Assembly: GCA_965652295.1 (NCBI GenBank)
Contig: CBFGTS010000014.1
Span: 1-64,000, forward strand
Reading direction: 5' to 3'
Source: an uncultured Haloferula sp.
GTDB taxonomy: Bacteria; Verrucomicrobiota; Verrucomicrobiia; Verrucomicrobiales; Akkermansiaceae
DNA length: 64,000 bases
The translations under genes and the position numbers were made by a program. This document shows positions 1-9,604 of the stretch, piece by piece (position 1 is the first letter of the stretch; the number at the start of each line of letters is the position of its first letter). The notes under the pieces are model-generated. The model saw only the letters and a program-made list of their open reading frames with translations. It was not told the DNA's origin and did no database searches.

Positions 1-211
1 CCGATCCGCATTTCTCACTTGCCTGAAGACACCGCTGCTCGGTGATGGAAAAAAGGCAACTTGGAATCTGGAGGCCTGCGTCCGCGTTGATCTGCGGGGA
101 AATCGGAAGGGCCGGTGCCCATCATCCTCCCTGGCTCTGAAACCGCGACCCTCCGGATCTTCCCGTTCCCTCCGAGCTTGACCTGACTTTGCTCTCCTGA
201 TTCAACATGGA

Positions 212-3200
212 ATGGCCTCTCCTCCCCTGATCCTGGCCCGAACCGTCCCCCTTGTACTCCTCGTTACCCTCACCGGTCCGCTTCGGTCGCAGGTTTCCCC
301 CGTCCGGGTCGCTGGCGGCGACTTCGTCGAGTTGACCCGCGCCCGCTATCAAGCCAACGCCACGGCAGGGATCCCGCTCCGACCCGTCACGCCACCCCGG
401 GGTCCGATTCACGAAAAAGTCGCCGACTATGCGACGGAGGTGATTCGGACCCACGATCTGGTCGAGTCCTTGGCGAAGCTCACCCCGGCTGAACTGAACG
501 GTCAGGTGGAGATCGGGATCGCGCTCTACAGTCAGTCCTTCGCCTTGGATACCGCCAACGCCAGCTTGCTGGAGGCCTTCGCTGAAACCCGGATCGGCCT
601 GATGATCGCGGAGTCGCCGGAAGTGTTTCTCGCTCGCCATGATGAGGCGGTGGAGGAGCACTCGCTCAGCCATCAGGCTCTGCTCGATCTTCTCGCCGCC
701 CTGCGGCAGCAGTTCGGAGATCCGATCGCCCGCCACCAGGCGGTCGCCGACATCGCCCATTGGTTCTCGACGCGCCCGGCCCGCCTCCAGACTCCTCTGA
801 ACCAGGATGATCCGACCAACCGGGAGCCCATCGAGAACCGCCTTGAGCTTGCGGAAATCGGGCTGGGCAAGAATGGCATTCCCCAACCCGCCGCTTCGCC
901 GGTCAAGGTCTCCAAGGATCCGCCGGCGGATGCGGACCTCGACCCCTCGCTCGAGACGCCTTTTGCCCCGGAGCTGGTGGCCTTGGCGGAGGAACTGGAT
1001 CATTCGCCGCTGAAAATCTTCAACTATGTCCGCGAGAACATTCTCTTCGATCCCTACCGCGGCTCACGTCGCGGGGCGGTGGAAACCCTCCGCCTCCGCG
1101 CCGGGAACGACATGGATCAGGCCTCGCTCCTGATCGCCCTTCTGAGAATTTCCGAAATCCCGGCGCGCTATGCGACCGGCCTGGTGAAAATGTCGCCGGA
1201 GGCCGCCAACAACTGGCTGGGGCTGAACGACGCCGCCACCGCCGGGTCGCTCCTCGCCACCGCCGGGCTTGAGGGGACGAATGTCTATGATGGGAGCGAG
1301 ATCGCCTACATCCGGCTTCGCCGCGTCTGGGTCGAAGCCTACCTGCCCTTCTCCGACTACCGCGGGACCGGTCCAGTGGCTGGCGAACCGCTATGGGTTT
1401 CGCTCGATCCCGCCTTCAAGTCCTACGACAACACCATCGGCGTGGACCCGCTTTCCGGCTCCCCCGCCTTCGACATCGATCAGGTCGTCCTCGATTATTT
1501 CCTGAACCTGGAGGTCGAGACCTTCCAGACCATCTACGGCCAGCAGCTCGATGCCCGGCTGAAGGCGATCGACGGCTCCCTCTCTCTCGAAACCAACGCC
1601 CTTTCCCGCCAGATCAATGCCACGCCCCTGCCGGTGCTGCCGGCAGGTCTCCCGAACACCGCCCTGACCCGCGATTCGGTCTTCTCCACGGTCCCCGACA
1701 CCGAGCGCTACAAGATCCGCTTTCTGATCAGTGGGGGCGGAGCGACGCTTGACCACTCCGTTTTCCTGCCCGCCATCGCAGGAAAGCAGCTCACTCTTTC
1801 CTACATCGGAGCCACCACCGCCGACCAGAATGCCATCACCGCCAATGGCGGTCTGTTCGGGATCGCCAGCCCATGGACGATCAAAGTCCGCCCCCAGCTC
1901 CGGCTGGACGGCTGTGTGATCGCCACCGCCAGCGGCAGCGTCACGCTCGGCGTGATTCAGAGCTCGCAGTTCACCTTCACTCCTCCCGACCAGCCCGCGG
2001 CGACCATCGACAACACGATCACCGCCGGCGTCTATGAAGGTCTCGCCATCGGCACCGGCCGCAGTGTGGCCGAACTCTCCGAGCCCGATCTCGCCTGCAC
2101 GGAGGACAACACGGGGCGCTTCCTCCACCTACTAGGGACCCAGTATCTCCAGCTCAACGATGAGGCGGACCGCCGGGTCGCAAGTTGGATGCAGGGCGCG
2201 GTGTGGAAGGGCGTCACCAATGCGATCCTCGGCCAGCAGGTCCGGGTGGCCTACAGCGGCGGCACTCCGCTCACCTTCGACTACTCCGGGGTTTTCGTGG
2301 ACGCCGACCGCGCCGGAGCCTCGTTTTTCTCCGCCTACGGAGAGAATCGAAGCTACGCCTTCGGACGCGCCCGCGGCACCCAGAGCTCCCAGAACGAGAA
2401 CCTCGTTTTCGAAATCAACCTCGGCAAGGAGTCCGTCTCCACCATCAAGATCCTAAGTCTCGCCGCCGCCAACAACATCCCGATCTATCAGATCACCCCG
2501 GCCAACGCTGGCACCTATCTGCCCCTGCTGAACCAATCGACCCAAGTTTACAACAACATCGTCGCCGAGCTGAACCAAGGCAAACACGTCACCATCCCCC
2601 GTGATCCCTTCGTGTATTTCGACTGGGCGGGCACCGGGTACATCCACCTCGATCCCACCAACGGCACCGGCGGCTACATCATCGCCGGCGGGATCTCCGG
2701 CGGTGCCACCGCCGAGGATGAGGACGATGATCCCGGCTGCGACAAGGTCGACCGGATCGAGATCGATCCGCCCGCCCCGGGCAATATCTACTCCGCCTGC
2801 CAGACCACTCCGATCACGATCAAGGCGTTCCTGACGACTTTCGACAGCGAATGCAATGCCACCGGCGCGCCGATCCGCACGCAGATCGTCGACCCCCAGT
2901 CGATCGCTCCCGGCACCCACACGTTCAAGTTCGGCTCGCCCGGTGATTGCGGCTGCGGTCTTGAGTCGGTCGACATCACGATCAAGGAAAGCCCGGTCGA
3001 GTTCAAGGACAGCGACGGCCGCATTGCCCGTGGCGGCCTGCTGGAGATCGCCGCCTCCGGCTCGGAAGACATCACCTGCGAGGTCAAGGACGGCCCGCCT
3101 TCGGTCACATGGCTCGGCAGCAACGGCGCGACCCCACCGAGCGTCATGGGCAACCCCGCCACTCTCAATGTCGATATTCCCAACAACGTTTCGGCACTGC

Positions 3201-4078
3201 CCAACGCGCTGCTGCCGGTCCCGGCGATCGGCTTCATGCTGTTTCCCCCGGATCCGGCCAACATCGAGGCAACCGGTCTTGCGGAAACCTGCGGCACGCA
3301 GGCCGAGATCTGGCCTTTCCCGGCGAACGCGTTCGAACTCTCACTCGCTCTGGGGCAACCGAGCGACGAAGCCGTCAACAATCGCTCCGCGCTTGGCAAA
3401 TTCAACGAGGCCCTCGCCAATGTCGAGAAGATCGAGGACACGCTCGACGCCTTCAGTGAGCTTGCCAAAAAACTGCAGGCACCGGTTTCGCCACCCGATG
3501 TGGATTTCTCCGCGAAGATCTCGGTGAAAGACGGCATCGGCGAGGACTCCGCCTCGAACCGCATCATCTACAAGGTCGATCTCGGGGTCGAAGGTGAGGC
3601 CGGCATCATGGGTGAGATCCCGGTCGTGGGTGCCTATCTCGTCGCCGTCCCCCCCTCCTTGCTCAACGTCACCGTGTTCATTCCGGTCAAGGCCGTGGTC
3701 GGCGCACGGCTTTCGGGAGTCGCCGAATACCGCCGGGACATCGGTTTCGTGAACGCGATCTATCCCCAGGCGGAAATTTTCGCCGCGGGGACGATCGGCA
3801 TCGGAGTCCAGGCCTCGATCGCCTCTGGAGCCGTTTCGCTCACCGGTCAGGGAACCACCACCCTCAAGCTCCGCACCATCATCGTCCCGACCGTGGCCGG
3901 GAAATCGCTGAGCCTCGATGGGGACCTGCAGGCCGAGGTCGGGGGATTGAAGTTCGAATACAAGGTCGGCGCGGTCTATGGCCTCTGGGAGTCGGCAGGC
4001 AGCTGGGATGTGCTCCCACCCGTCAAGGTTCCGACCGACCCCATTCCCTACAACATTTTCAAAGTCACCCTGCCGTGA
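212..4078 (+). CDS. Large secreted transglutaminase-like domain protein with a distinct C-terminal region (polymorphic-toxin-like)
   Basis: 1288-aa ORF with N-terminal hydrophobic segment; transglutaminase core GNDMDQASLLIALLRISEIPARYATG...RVWVEAY...WVSLDP; Gly-rich WAGTGYIHLDPTNGTGGYIIAGGISGG motif followed by a beta-rich tail. Confidence 0.8.
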   Translation: MASPPLILARTVPLVLLVTLTGPLRSQVSPVRVAGGDFVELTRARYQANATAGIPLRPVTPPRGPIHEKVADYATEVIRTHDLVESLAKLTPAELNGQVEIGIALYSQSFALDTANASLLEAFAETRIGLMIAESPEVFLARHDEAVEEHSLSHQALLDLLAALRQQFGDPIARHQAVADIAHWFSTRPARLQTPLNQDDPTNREPIENRLELAEIGLGKNGIPQPAASPVKVSKDPPADADLDPSLETPFAPELVALAEELDHSPLKIFNYVRENILFDPYRGSRRGAVETLRLRAGNDMDQASLLIALLRISEIPARYATGLVKMSPEAANNWLGLNDAATAGSLLATAGLEGTNVYDGSEIAYIRLRRVWVEAYLPFSDYRGTGPVAGEPLWVSLDPAFKSYDNTIGVDPLSGSPAFDIDQVVLDYFLNLEVETFQTIYGQQLDARLKAIDGSLSLETNALSRQINATPLPVLPAGLPNTALTRDSVFSTVPDTERYKIRFLISGGGATLDHSVFLPAIAGKQLTLSYIGATTADQNAITANGGLFGIASPWTIKVRPQLRLDGCVIATASGSVTLGVIQSSQFTFTPPDQPAATIDNTITAGVYEGLAIGTGRSVAELSEPDLACTEDNTGRFLHLLGTQYLQLNDEADRRVASWMQGAVWKGVTNAILGQQVRVAYSGGTPLTFDYSGVFVDADRAGASFFSAYGENRSYAFGRARGTQSSQNENLVFEINLGKESVSTIKILSLAAANNIPIYQITPANAGTYLPLLNQSTQVYNNIVAELNQGKHVTIPRDPFVYFDWAGTGYIHLDPTNGTGGYIIAGGISGGATAEDEDDDPGCDKVDRIEIDPPAPGNIYSACQTTPITIKAFLTTFDSECNATGAPIRTQIVDPQSIAPGTHTFKFGSPGDCGCGLESVDITIKESPVEFKDSDGRIARGGLLEIAASGSEDITCEVKDGPPSVTWLGSNGATPPSVMGNPATLNVDIPNNVSALPNALLPVPAIGFMLFPPDPANIEATGLAETCGTQAEIWPFPANAFELSLALGQPSDEAVNNRSALGKFNEALANVEKIEDTLDAFSELAKKLQAPVSPPDVDFSAKISVKDGIGEDSASNRIIYKVDLGVEGEAGIMGEIPVVGAYLVAVPPSLLNVTVFIPVKAVVGARLSGVAEYRRDIGFVNAIYPQAEIFAAGTIGIGVQASIASGAVSLTGQGTTTLKLRTIIVPTVAGKSLSLDGDLQAEVGGLKFEYKVGAVYGLWESAGSWDVLPPVKVPTDPIPYNIFKVTLP

Positions 4079-5337
4079 AGTTCCTCCTGCCAGTCCTGAT
4101 CGCCGCATCGTTTCTCCGGAACCTTCCGGCGGCCGACGCCCATTGGCTCGACGCCCGTTTCGAGGGCACCGGCGGGCACATCTCGGTCAACGGTTTCCCT
4201 CTGTTCGAGACGCCCTCGCCCGAGTCCGGCTTCATCAGCGAGCTGGTGACCGGCATCCTGGTGGACGGCGAAAACACCATTTCCTGGGAGGCCACCACCC
4301 CGCCCAGCACGATCGAGCAGGACCTCCCCGCCTCCGCCACCATCGGACTTTTCGCAGCGCCGGCCGAATCCCCCCGGCCCCACAACGATCCCGGCCGTCC
4401 GCTGTTTCAGGAAACCTTCGAGCCCAGGCGGAAGATCGATCTTTTCCCCGCCGCCGAGGCTTTTCTCGAAACTCCCACCGGAACTCTTGCCACGCCCGAG
4501 GGCCCGGCGAAGTTCGAGAAAATCAGCGAACGACGCTTCGCACTGGGACTCGCCATCGGCGATCCCGGGCGCCACATCGCCTCCCATCCGAAGTTGCTCC
4601 GCTACGCCCGGCTGTCCGAGACCCTCGTTCTCGGCGAGGTGCACCTCATCGACTCCATTGGTCAGCGCCAGGTCGTGTTCCCTGATCTGAAGTTTACCCC
4701 CGGGGGTGGCAGCATTCCGCTGGCCAAGGAAAACGCCGGCCGTGGCCGGCATCACCTCGGCAGCGGCACCTTCGATCAGATCTGGTGGTTCGGCTCCGCC
4801 GCGGAAGGCGTGGAGGAAGTCGAACTCGGATTGCTCACCATCGAGTCCTTCGCCACCGCCACCAGCGGTGAGCAAAGCTTCGCTCTTGAAATCCCCCACC
4901 ACTGGGCGTGGCAGGACGGCGAGGAGCTCGGCGATTTCCCCCCCGACGATCCCCGCCGCGAGTCGTTGCTCTCGTTTCTTGAATCCCTCCACCAAACGGT
5001 CACCAAGCCCGATCCCGAGGCATGGCTGCCTTTCCTGGAGATCAAGATCCGCGACCAAGCCCTGGCCATGAGCCAGGAGCCCGAGGCCATGGCGGAGAAT
5101 TACCTCAAGTTCTTCTCCCAACTCACCTCGCTCGACGAATGGGCGCTCGAACCCTTCGCGCCCGCCCGGCTGTTCTTCGATGTGCTCGATCCCCGGGTCC
5201 TCCGGGTCCGCTACATCGATTCCGAAGGACCCTTGATCTCCGTGCCTCTGCCGAAACCCGGCGAGCCGATCCGTGATCGTTTTTCGATCCCCCTCTATCT
5301 TTCGCTGATCGACGGCAAATGGACGATCGTCCGCTGA
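4075..5337 (+). CDS. Secreted hypothetical protein (candidate immunity/partner protein)
   Basis: 420-aa ORF with signal peptide; GTGA overlap with the upstream stop indicates translational coupling. Confidence 0.7.
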   Translation: MKFLLPVLIAASFLRNLPAADAHWLDARFEGTGGHISVNGFPLFETPSPESGFISELVTGILVDGENTISWEATTPPSTIEQDLPASATIGLFAAPAESPRPHNDPGRPLFQETFEPRRKIDLFPAAEAFLETPTGTLATPEGPAKFEKISERRFALGLAIGDPGRHIASHPKLLRYARLSETLVLGEVHLIDSIGQRQVVFPDLKFTPGGGSIPLAKENAGRGRHHLGSGTFDQIWWFGSAAEGVEEVELGLLTIESFATATSGEQSFALEIPHHWAWQDGEELGDFPPDDPRRESLLSFLESLHQTVTKPDPEAWLPFLEIKIRDQALAMSQEPEAMAENYLKFFSQLTSLDEWALEPFAPARLFFDVLDPRVLRVRYIDSEGPLISVPLPKPGEPIRDRFSIPLYLSLIDGKWTIVR

Positions 5338-5351
5338 CGCCCCCTCCCGCC

Positions 5352-7913
5352 ATGACCTCACGCCTTTTTCCCCTTTCCCTCTGCCTGCTCGTTCCGACCT
5401 CTCTGGTCGGACAAGTCAGCAGCCAGATGAACAACGCGCTCGACTGGCTGGTCTCCCACCGGAACCCGGACGGCTCGTGGGGCACAGGCGAGGCGGTTGA
5501 AATCCACCGCGACACGACCGCCGCGGCCACGGCCCTCGGAAAATACAGACCATCTGTCGAGCTCGCCGACTCTCTCGATTTCCTCGGTGACGTTTCCACC
5601 CAGACCCTCGAAGGCATCATCGCCCGCGGTCGCCTCACCCTGCTGGCAGGCTCCACGTCCGATGCCATCAACTTCTCGCCCGATGCCTTCTCCTTCCTGC
5701 TCTACAACCTGCGCAGCGAGACCGACCCCAGTGGTTTCAACGCTCCCGAAGGAGGCTGGGGACTGGCGGAGGGTTACCAGTCCACCACCTATGACACGCT
5801 GCTCGCCCTCGATCTGCTCGGCGACCTGACCCATCCCGGGCTGCGGCTGAAAAGCGAGACCGCACCACCCTCGACCACCCTCACCTATCGCGTCGCGATT
5901 CCCACGGAAGGCACCGCCTCGAACTTCACCGTTTCCACCACCGGATCGGCGGTCCAGCTCCAGTTTTCCAACACCGGCCCACCCACCGCATCCGATCCCA
6001 CCTACACCATCAACCCGGGCATCACCAACAGCCTGCCCGCCGACTCCTTCACCCGCCGCGAAGCCTGGATCTCGGTCCGATCCACATCAACGACCACGGC
6101 GGCCGTCTTCACCCTGAGCCTCCGGTTCGACTCGCCGGTGCAGTCCGGTGCCGCCTTCTTCGAGGGTCTCGACTATCTGCTCGCCGCGCAGAACACCGAT
6201 GGTGGCTGGGGGTTGCAGGTCGGAGACGATAGCAGCCCCTACCTCACCGCCCGCGTTCTCACGCTTTTCGATCACCTGCGCGATCACTTCCGCGCCCCCG
6301 TGGCGGCGGCAAACGGTGCCGCCTACCTCGTGGCTCAAGCCAACCCCGACGGCGGCTTCGGCTCGGACGGCAGCGACGTCGCGACCACGGCCTTCGCCTA
6401 TCACGCCCTCTCGGCCTTTGCTTCACTTTCTCCCGCCCGCACCTCCGCCCGCAGTTATCTGCTCGCCCAGCAAGCGCCCGGCGGAAGCTGGAATGACGAC
6501 CCCTATGCCACCGCCGTCGCCGTTTCCGCGCTCGAACAGGAGTTCCGGAGCTCCGATTCGGATTCCGACGGCGTGCCCGATCTTTTTGACAACTGCCCGG
6601 CCATCGCCAACCCGACCCAGGCCGACGCCGACCTCGATGGCATCGGAGACGGCTGCGAAACAGATTCCGACGACGACGGCATCGACAATGCAACGGAAGT
6701 CACGCTCGGCACCGACCCCTTGGATCCCGAGTCCGTCATCGCAGGCGTGCTGGATGGCGATCTCGACCTCAGCCTCGACGGGCGTAGCGTCCGCGAGGCC
6801 CTCGACGCCGGCCTCGACCCGCTGGTTCCTCGGCCGGAGCTTTTTGCGGGCGTCAACTTCTTCACCTACCCGGTCGAGCCCACGGCCGGCTTTTCCGCCT
6901 TCGATCTGCTCACCCAGCTTGGCGGCTCCACTCACGTCTCGCAGGTCCAGAAATACGACACCACCTCCGGACAGTATCTCTCAGCCCGCTACACCGGTGC
7001 CAGTCCGACAGGCTCCGATTTCCCGGTCGCCGGGGGCGATGGGCTCGTGGTCACCATGCGTTCGGACCGTGAAATCGCTTTCGCGGGGGCGGTTTCCTAT
7101 CGCACTCCCGACCTTCGCCCCGGGCCGAATCTCGTCCGTTTCCCCGACCTCATCCCCGGGGAATCCATCTTCGATCTGTTTACCCGCATCACCGAAAACT
7201 CCGGCGGGGTCGTCAGTATCCAGCGGATGGATCCCGCCACCGGCCGCCTCACGACCTACAGCTCCCGCCTGGGGTCGCCGGTCATGCCACGCTTCGATGT
7301 CCGGGCGTCGGAAACCTATCTCGTCCACATGGAATGGGTCTATCCCCGCTTCGTCATCACTTATCCTGCGAATGGTCAGACCGTCACCCAGAGCCCGATC
7401 ACCGTCACCGGCGAGGTCGGCCCGGAAGTCACCTCGGTGGTGGTGGCCGGGATCGCGGCGTCCGTTTCCAACGGCCAGTTCTCCGCCCCCGGCGTGACGC
7501 TGGTCGATGGTGCCAATACCCTCGATGCCATCGCGATAGCCGGCCCCGAGGCACGCAGCACCCTGTCGGTCACCGTCCTGCTCGGCGAGGAGACCGACTA
7601 CACCCTGACCGCCGGCGGTCCTGCCGTGAACGACAGCGCAACCGTGACGGCCGATCCGGCCCTCATTTCCCAAGTGGCTTCCTACACCGTCCAGGTCTCC
7701 GGAGCTCCCCCGGGCCTCTCCCTCATCACCACCTCCGCCACTTTCCAAGGAAACAATGCCGTTGTTTTCAACTATTCCATCTCCGCCTCAGGAACGGTCA
7801 CTCCAGGCATCCATGAGATCACCCTCACCTATCAACTCCTCGATAGCGGGGACGCCGTCCTTTCGCCGGTTTCCGGAAACGTCCTTCCACTCAGCATCCT
7901 CGTGAATCCATGA
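5352..7913 (+). CDS. Secreted protein with prenyltransferase/squalene-oxidase-like repeats, thrombospondin type-3 repeats and Ig-like domains
   Basis: ATG 5352 plus signal peptide; repeats LVSHRNPDGSWG, LLAAQNTDGGWG, LVAQANPDGGFG, LLAQQAPGGSW; TSP3-like DSDSDGVPDLFDNCPAIANPTQADADLDGIGDGC; Ig-like ITYPANGQTV...VTGEV. Confidence 0.8.
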   Translation: MTSRLFPLSLCLLVPTSLVGQVSSQMNNALDWLVSHRNPDGSWGTGEAVEIHRDTTAAATALGKYRPSVELADSLDFLGDVSTQTLEGIIARGRLTLLAGSTSDAINFSPDAFSFLLYNLRSETDPSGFNAPEGGWGLAEGYQSTTYDTLLALDLLGDLTHPGLRLKSETAPPSTTLTYRVAIPTEGTASNFTVSTTGSAVQLQFSNTGPPTASDPTYTINPGITNSLPADSFTRREAWISVRSTSTTTAAVFTLSLRFDSPVQSGAAFFEGLDYLLAAQNTDGGWGLQVGDDSSPYLTARVLTLFDHLRDHFRAPVAAANGAAYLVAQANPDGGFGSDGSDVATTAFAYHALSAFASLSPARTSARSYLLAQQAPGGSWNDDPYATAVAVSALEQEFRSSDSDSDGVPDLFDNCPAIANPTQADADLDGIGDGCETDSDDDGIDNATEVTLGTDPLDPESVIAGVLDGDLDLSLDGRSVREALDAGLDPLVPRPELFAGVNFFTYPVEPTAGFSAFDLLTQLGGSTHVSQVQKYDTTSGQYLSARYTGASPTGSDFPVAGGDGLVVTMRSDREIAFAGAVSYRTPDLRPGPNLVRFPDLIPGESIFDLFTRITENSGGVVSIQRMDPATGRLTTYSSRLGSPVMPRFDVRASETYLVHMEWVYPRFVITYPANGQTVTQSPITVTGEVGPEVTSVVVAGIAASVSNGQFSAPGVTLVDGANTLDAIAIAGPEARSTLSVTVLLGEETDYTLTAGGPAVNDSATVTADPALISQVASYTVQVSGAPPGLSLITTSATFQGNNAVVFNYSISASGTVTPGIHEITLTYQLLDSGDAVLSPVSGNVLPLSILVNP

Positions 7914-8887
7914 CTGCCATGCGACTTCCCTCCATCATTGCCTTCCTGTTGTCGCCATCCGTGTGTCTTGCCCTGCCCCGCGTCAGCGACCTTGCCGTCG
8001 TCGATCTCACCGCCAAGGCCTTCCGTCTCGTCTGGAACAGCGGCACCGATTCACGGCCCGAGGTGGATGTCTATCTCAACGCCGCGGGCTCCACCCCCGC
8101 ACCCGGAATCACCAAGACGCCCTTCTCGCTTTTTCAGGAGGACAACACCGCCATCAACCTCGCCACCTCCGAAGGCGTGCAGGAAATCCAGGTCACCGGT
8201 CTCAACCCGGACACCACCTACTACGTCCGCGCCCGCTCCGTTCCGGTCCCTTCCGGATCCAGCGCGCAGTCCCCACTCATTCAAGTTCGAACAGCCGCCT
8301 CGCCTCTACTTGCCATGAGTGGCGGGGCACCCGCTCCATTCGCGAACCCGGTGCTTTCTCTCTCCCGCGCTCCCTCCACCGCCAGCTATTCCGCCATCTC
8401 CACCCTCCTGGTGGTCTCCACACCGGCCGCCCGCTCGGGGACGGTCGCCCTCGGAAACTCCTCCAAGTGGTTCGTCGATCTCAACAGCCTGATTTCCAGC
8501 GCAACCGGCACCCCCCTTCCCCTCGATTCCGGAACGCCCCTTCAGGCCACGATCTATACCGGCAATGCGGGTGCGCGGAAATTCACCCTCTACACACCGG
8601 ACTCAGACGATCTCGCGGAAGTCCGCCCGCCGGCGCTCTCTCCCGACCCTCCCCTCAACGCCCATATCCTCTCCCCGGCTTCCGGGTTGTTGCTGATGGA
8701 ATTCGCTTCAGCTCCCGGAAGCTACTACGCGGTCGATCGCTCCGCCTCTCTCGAGGCCGGCGATTGGGAACGCATCCAAGAGGCCGTCGAGGCCGACTCC
8801 GAACGATTCTTCTACAGCACCAACGCACTCACCGGTGATGCAGCCTTCTATCGAACCCAGAGCATCGACGTGCTCCCTCCTCCTTGA
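7910..8887 (+). CDS. Secreted fibronectin type III domain protein
   Basis: Signal peptide; FN3 signature VTGLNPDTTYYVRARS; ATGA overlap with the upstream gene. Confidence 0.75.
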   Translation: MTAMRLPSIIAFLLSPSVCLALPRVSDLAVVDLTAKAFRLVWNSGTDSRPEVDVYLNAAGSTPAPGITKTPFSLFQEDNTAINLATSEGVQEIQVTGLNPDTTYYVRARSVPVPSGSSAQSPLIQVRTAASPLLAMSGGAPAPFANPVLSLSRAPSTASYSAISTLLVVSTPAARSGTVALGNSSKWFVDLNSLISSATGTPLPLDSGTPLQATIYTGNAGARKFTLYTPDSDDLAEVRPPALSPDPPLNAHILSPASGLLLMEFASAPGSYYAVDRSASLEAGDWERIQEAVEADSERFFYSTNALTGDAAFYRTQSIDVLPPP

Positions 8888-9019
8888 GCGAGGCGGGACT
8901 GTCTGAACTCGGCGAGTCGAACGGGACCAGATCTTCGGCCATTGCGCTCATTGCGTGGCCCCTGTTGCCCGCAAAACACCCAGCTTGAAATCCGCTCCGT
9001 TGCTGACGAACTTCCCCGC

Positions 9020-9247
9020 ATGGACTCCCGGCTCCAAATCGACCCCACGGTTTGCCACGGCAAACCGGTCATCCGTGACACCCGAGTGCTCGTCTCGACG
9101 ATTCTTGGTGCCTTGAGCGGTGGCGATTCGGTCGAAGACGTGCTGCAAGACTTTCCTTCCATCACCGCGGACGACATCGCCGCGGCTCTGGCTTTCGCTA
9201 GCCGACTTTCCGACTATCAGGTTTCCGCCTACGACGCCGTCGCGTGA
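9020..9247 (+). CDS. DUF433 family antitoxin (VapB45-like)
   Basis: MDSRLQIDPTVCHGKPVIRDTRVLVSTILGAL...EDVLQDFPSITADDIAAALAFA is the classic DUF433 signature. Confidence 0.9.
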   Translation: MDSRLQIDPTVCHGKPVIRDTRVLVSTILGALSGGDSVEDVLQDFPSITADDIAAALAFASRLSDYQVSAYDAVA

Positions 9248-9604
9248 GGTTTCTACTCGACGAGAATTTCCCGAGTCGGCGGGCGAATGGCTCAAGCAGC
9301 ACGGCCATTCGGTTTTCGATTTCCGGGGAACCTGTGACGAAGGGATCGATGATGCATCGGTGTTCCGGAAGGCTCAGGAACTGGATGCCGTTCTACAAAC
9401 GACGGATCGTGATTTCTACCACACCGTGCCGCACCTCTTCGCAACCCATGCGGGCGTCGTGGTCGTCGCCCTCAGGCAGCCGAACCGGAAGGCAATCCTC
9501 GAGCGCCTCGAATGGCGCTTGCTCACATCGAACCCGACGCGTTCCACAGTCGCGCCTTCCAGCTCAGGGACTCGAACTGGATGGCCTACCCGCCGCTCGG
9601 CTGA
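9244..9604 (+). pseudogene. DUF5615/PIN-like toxin (VapC45-like) with two -1 frameshifts
   Basis: MRFLLDENFP in one frame, SAGEWLKQHGH...GIDDASVFRKAQELDAVLQTTDRDF...LERLEW in a second, ALAHIEPDAF...YPPLG* in a third; breaks near 9272 and 9515. Confidence 0.8.
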
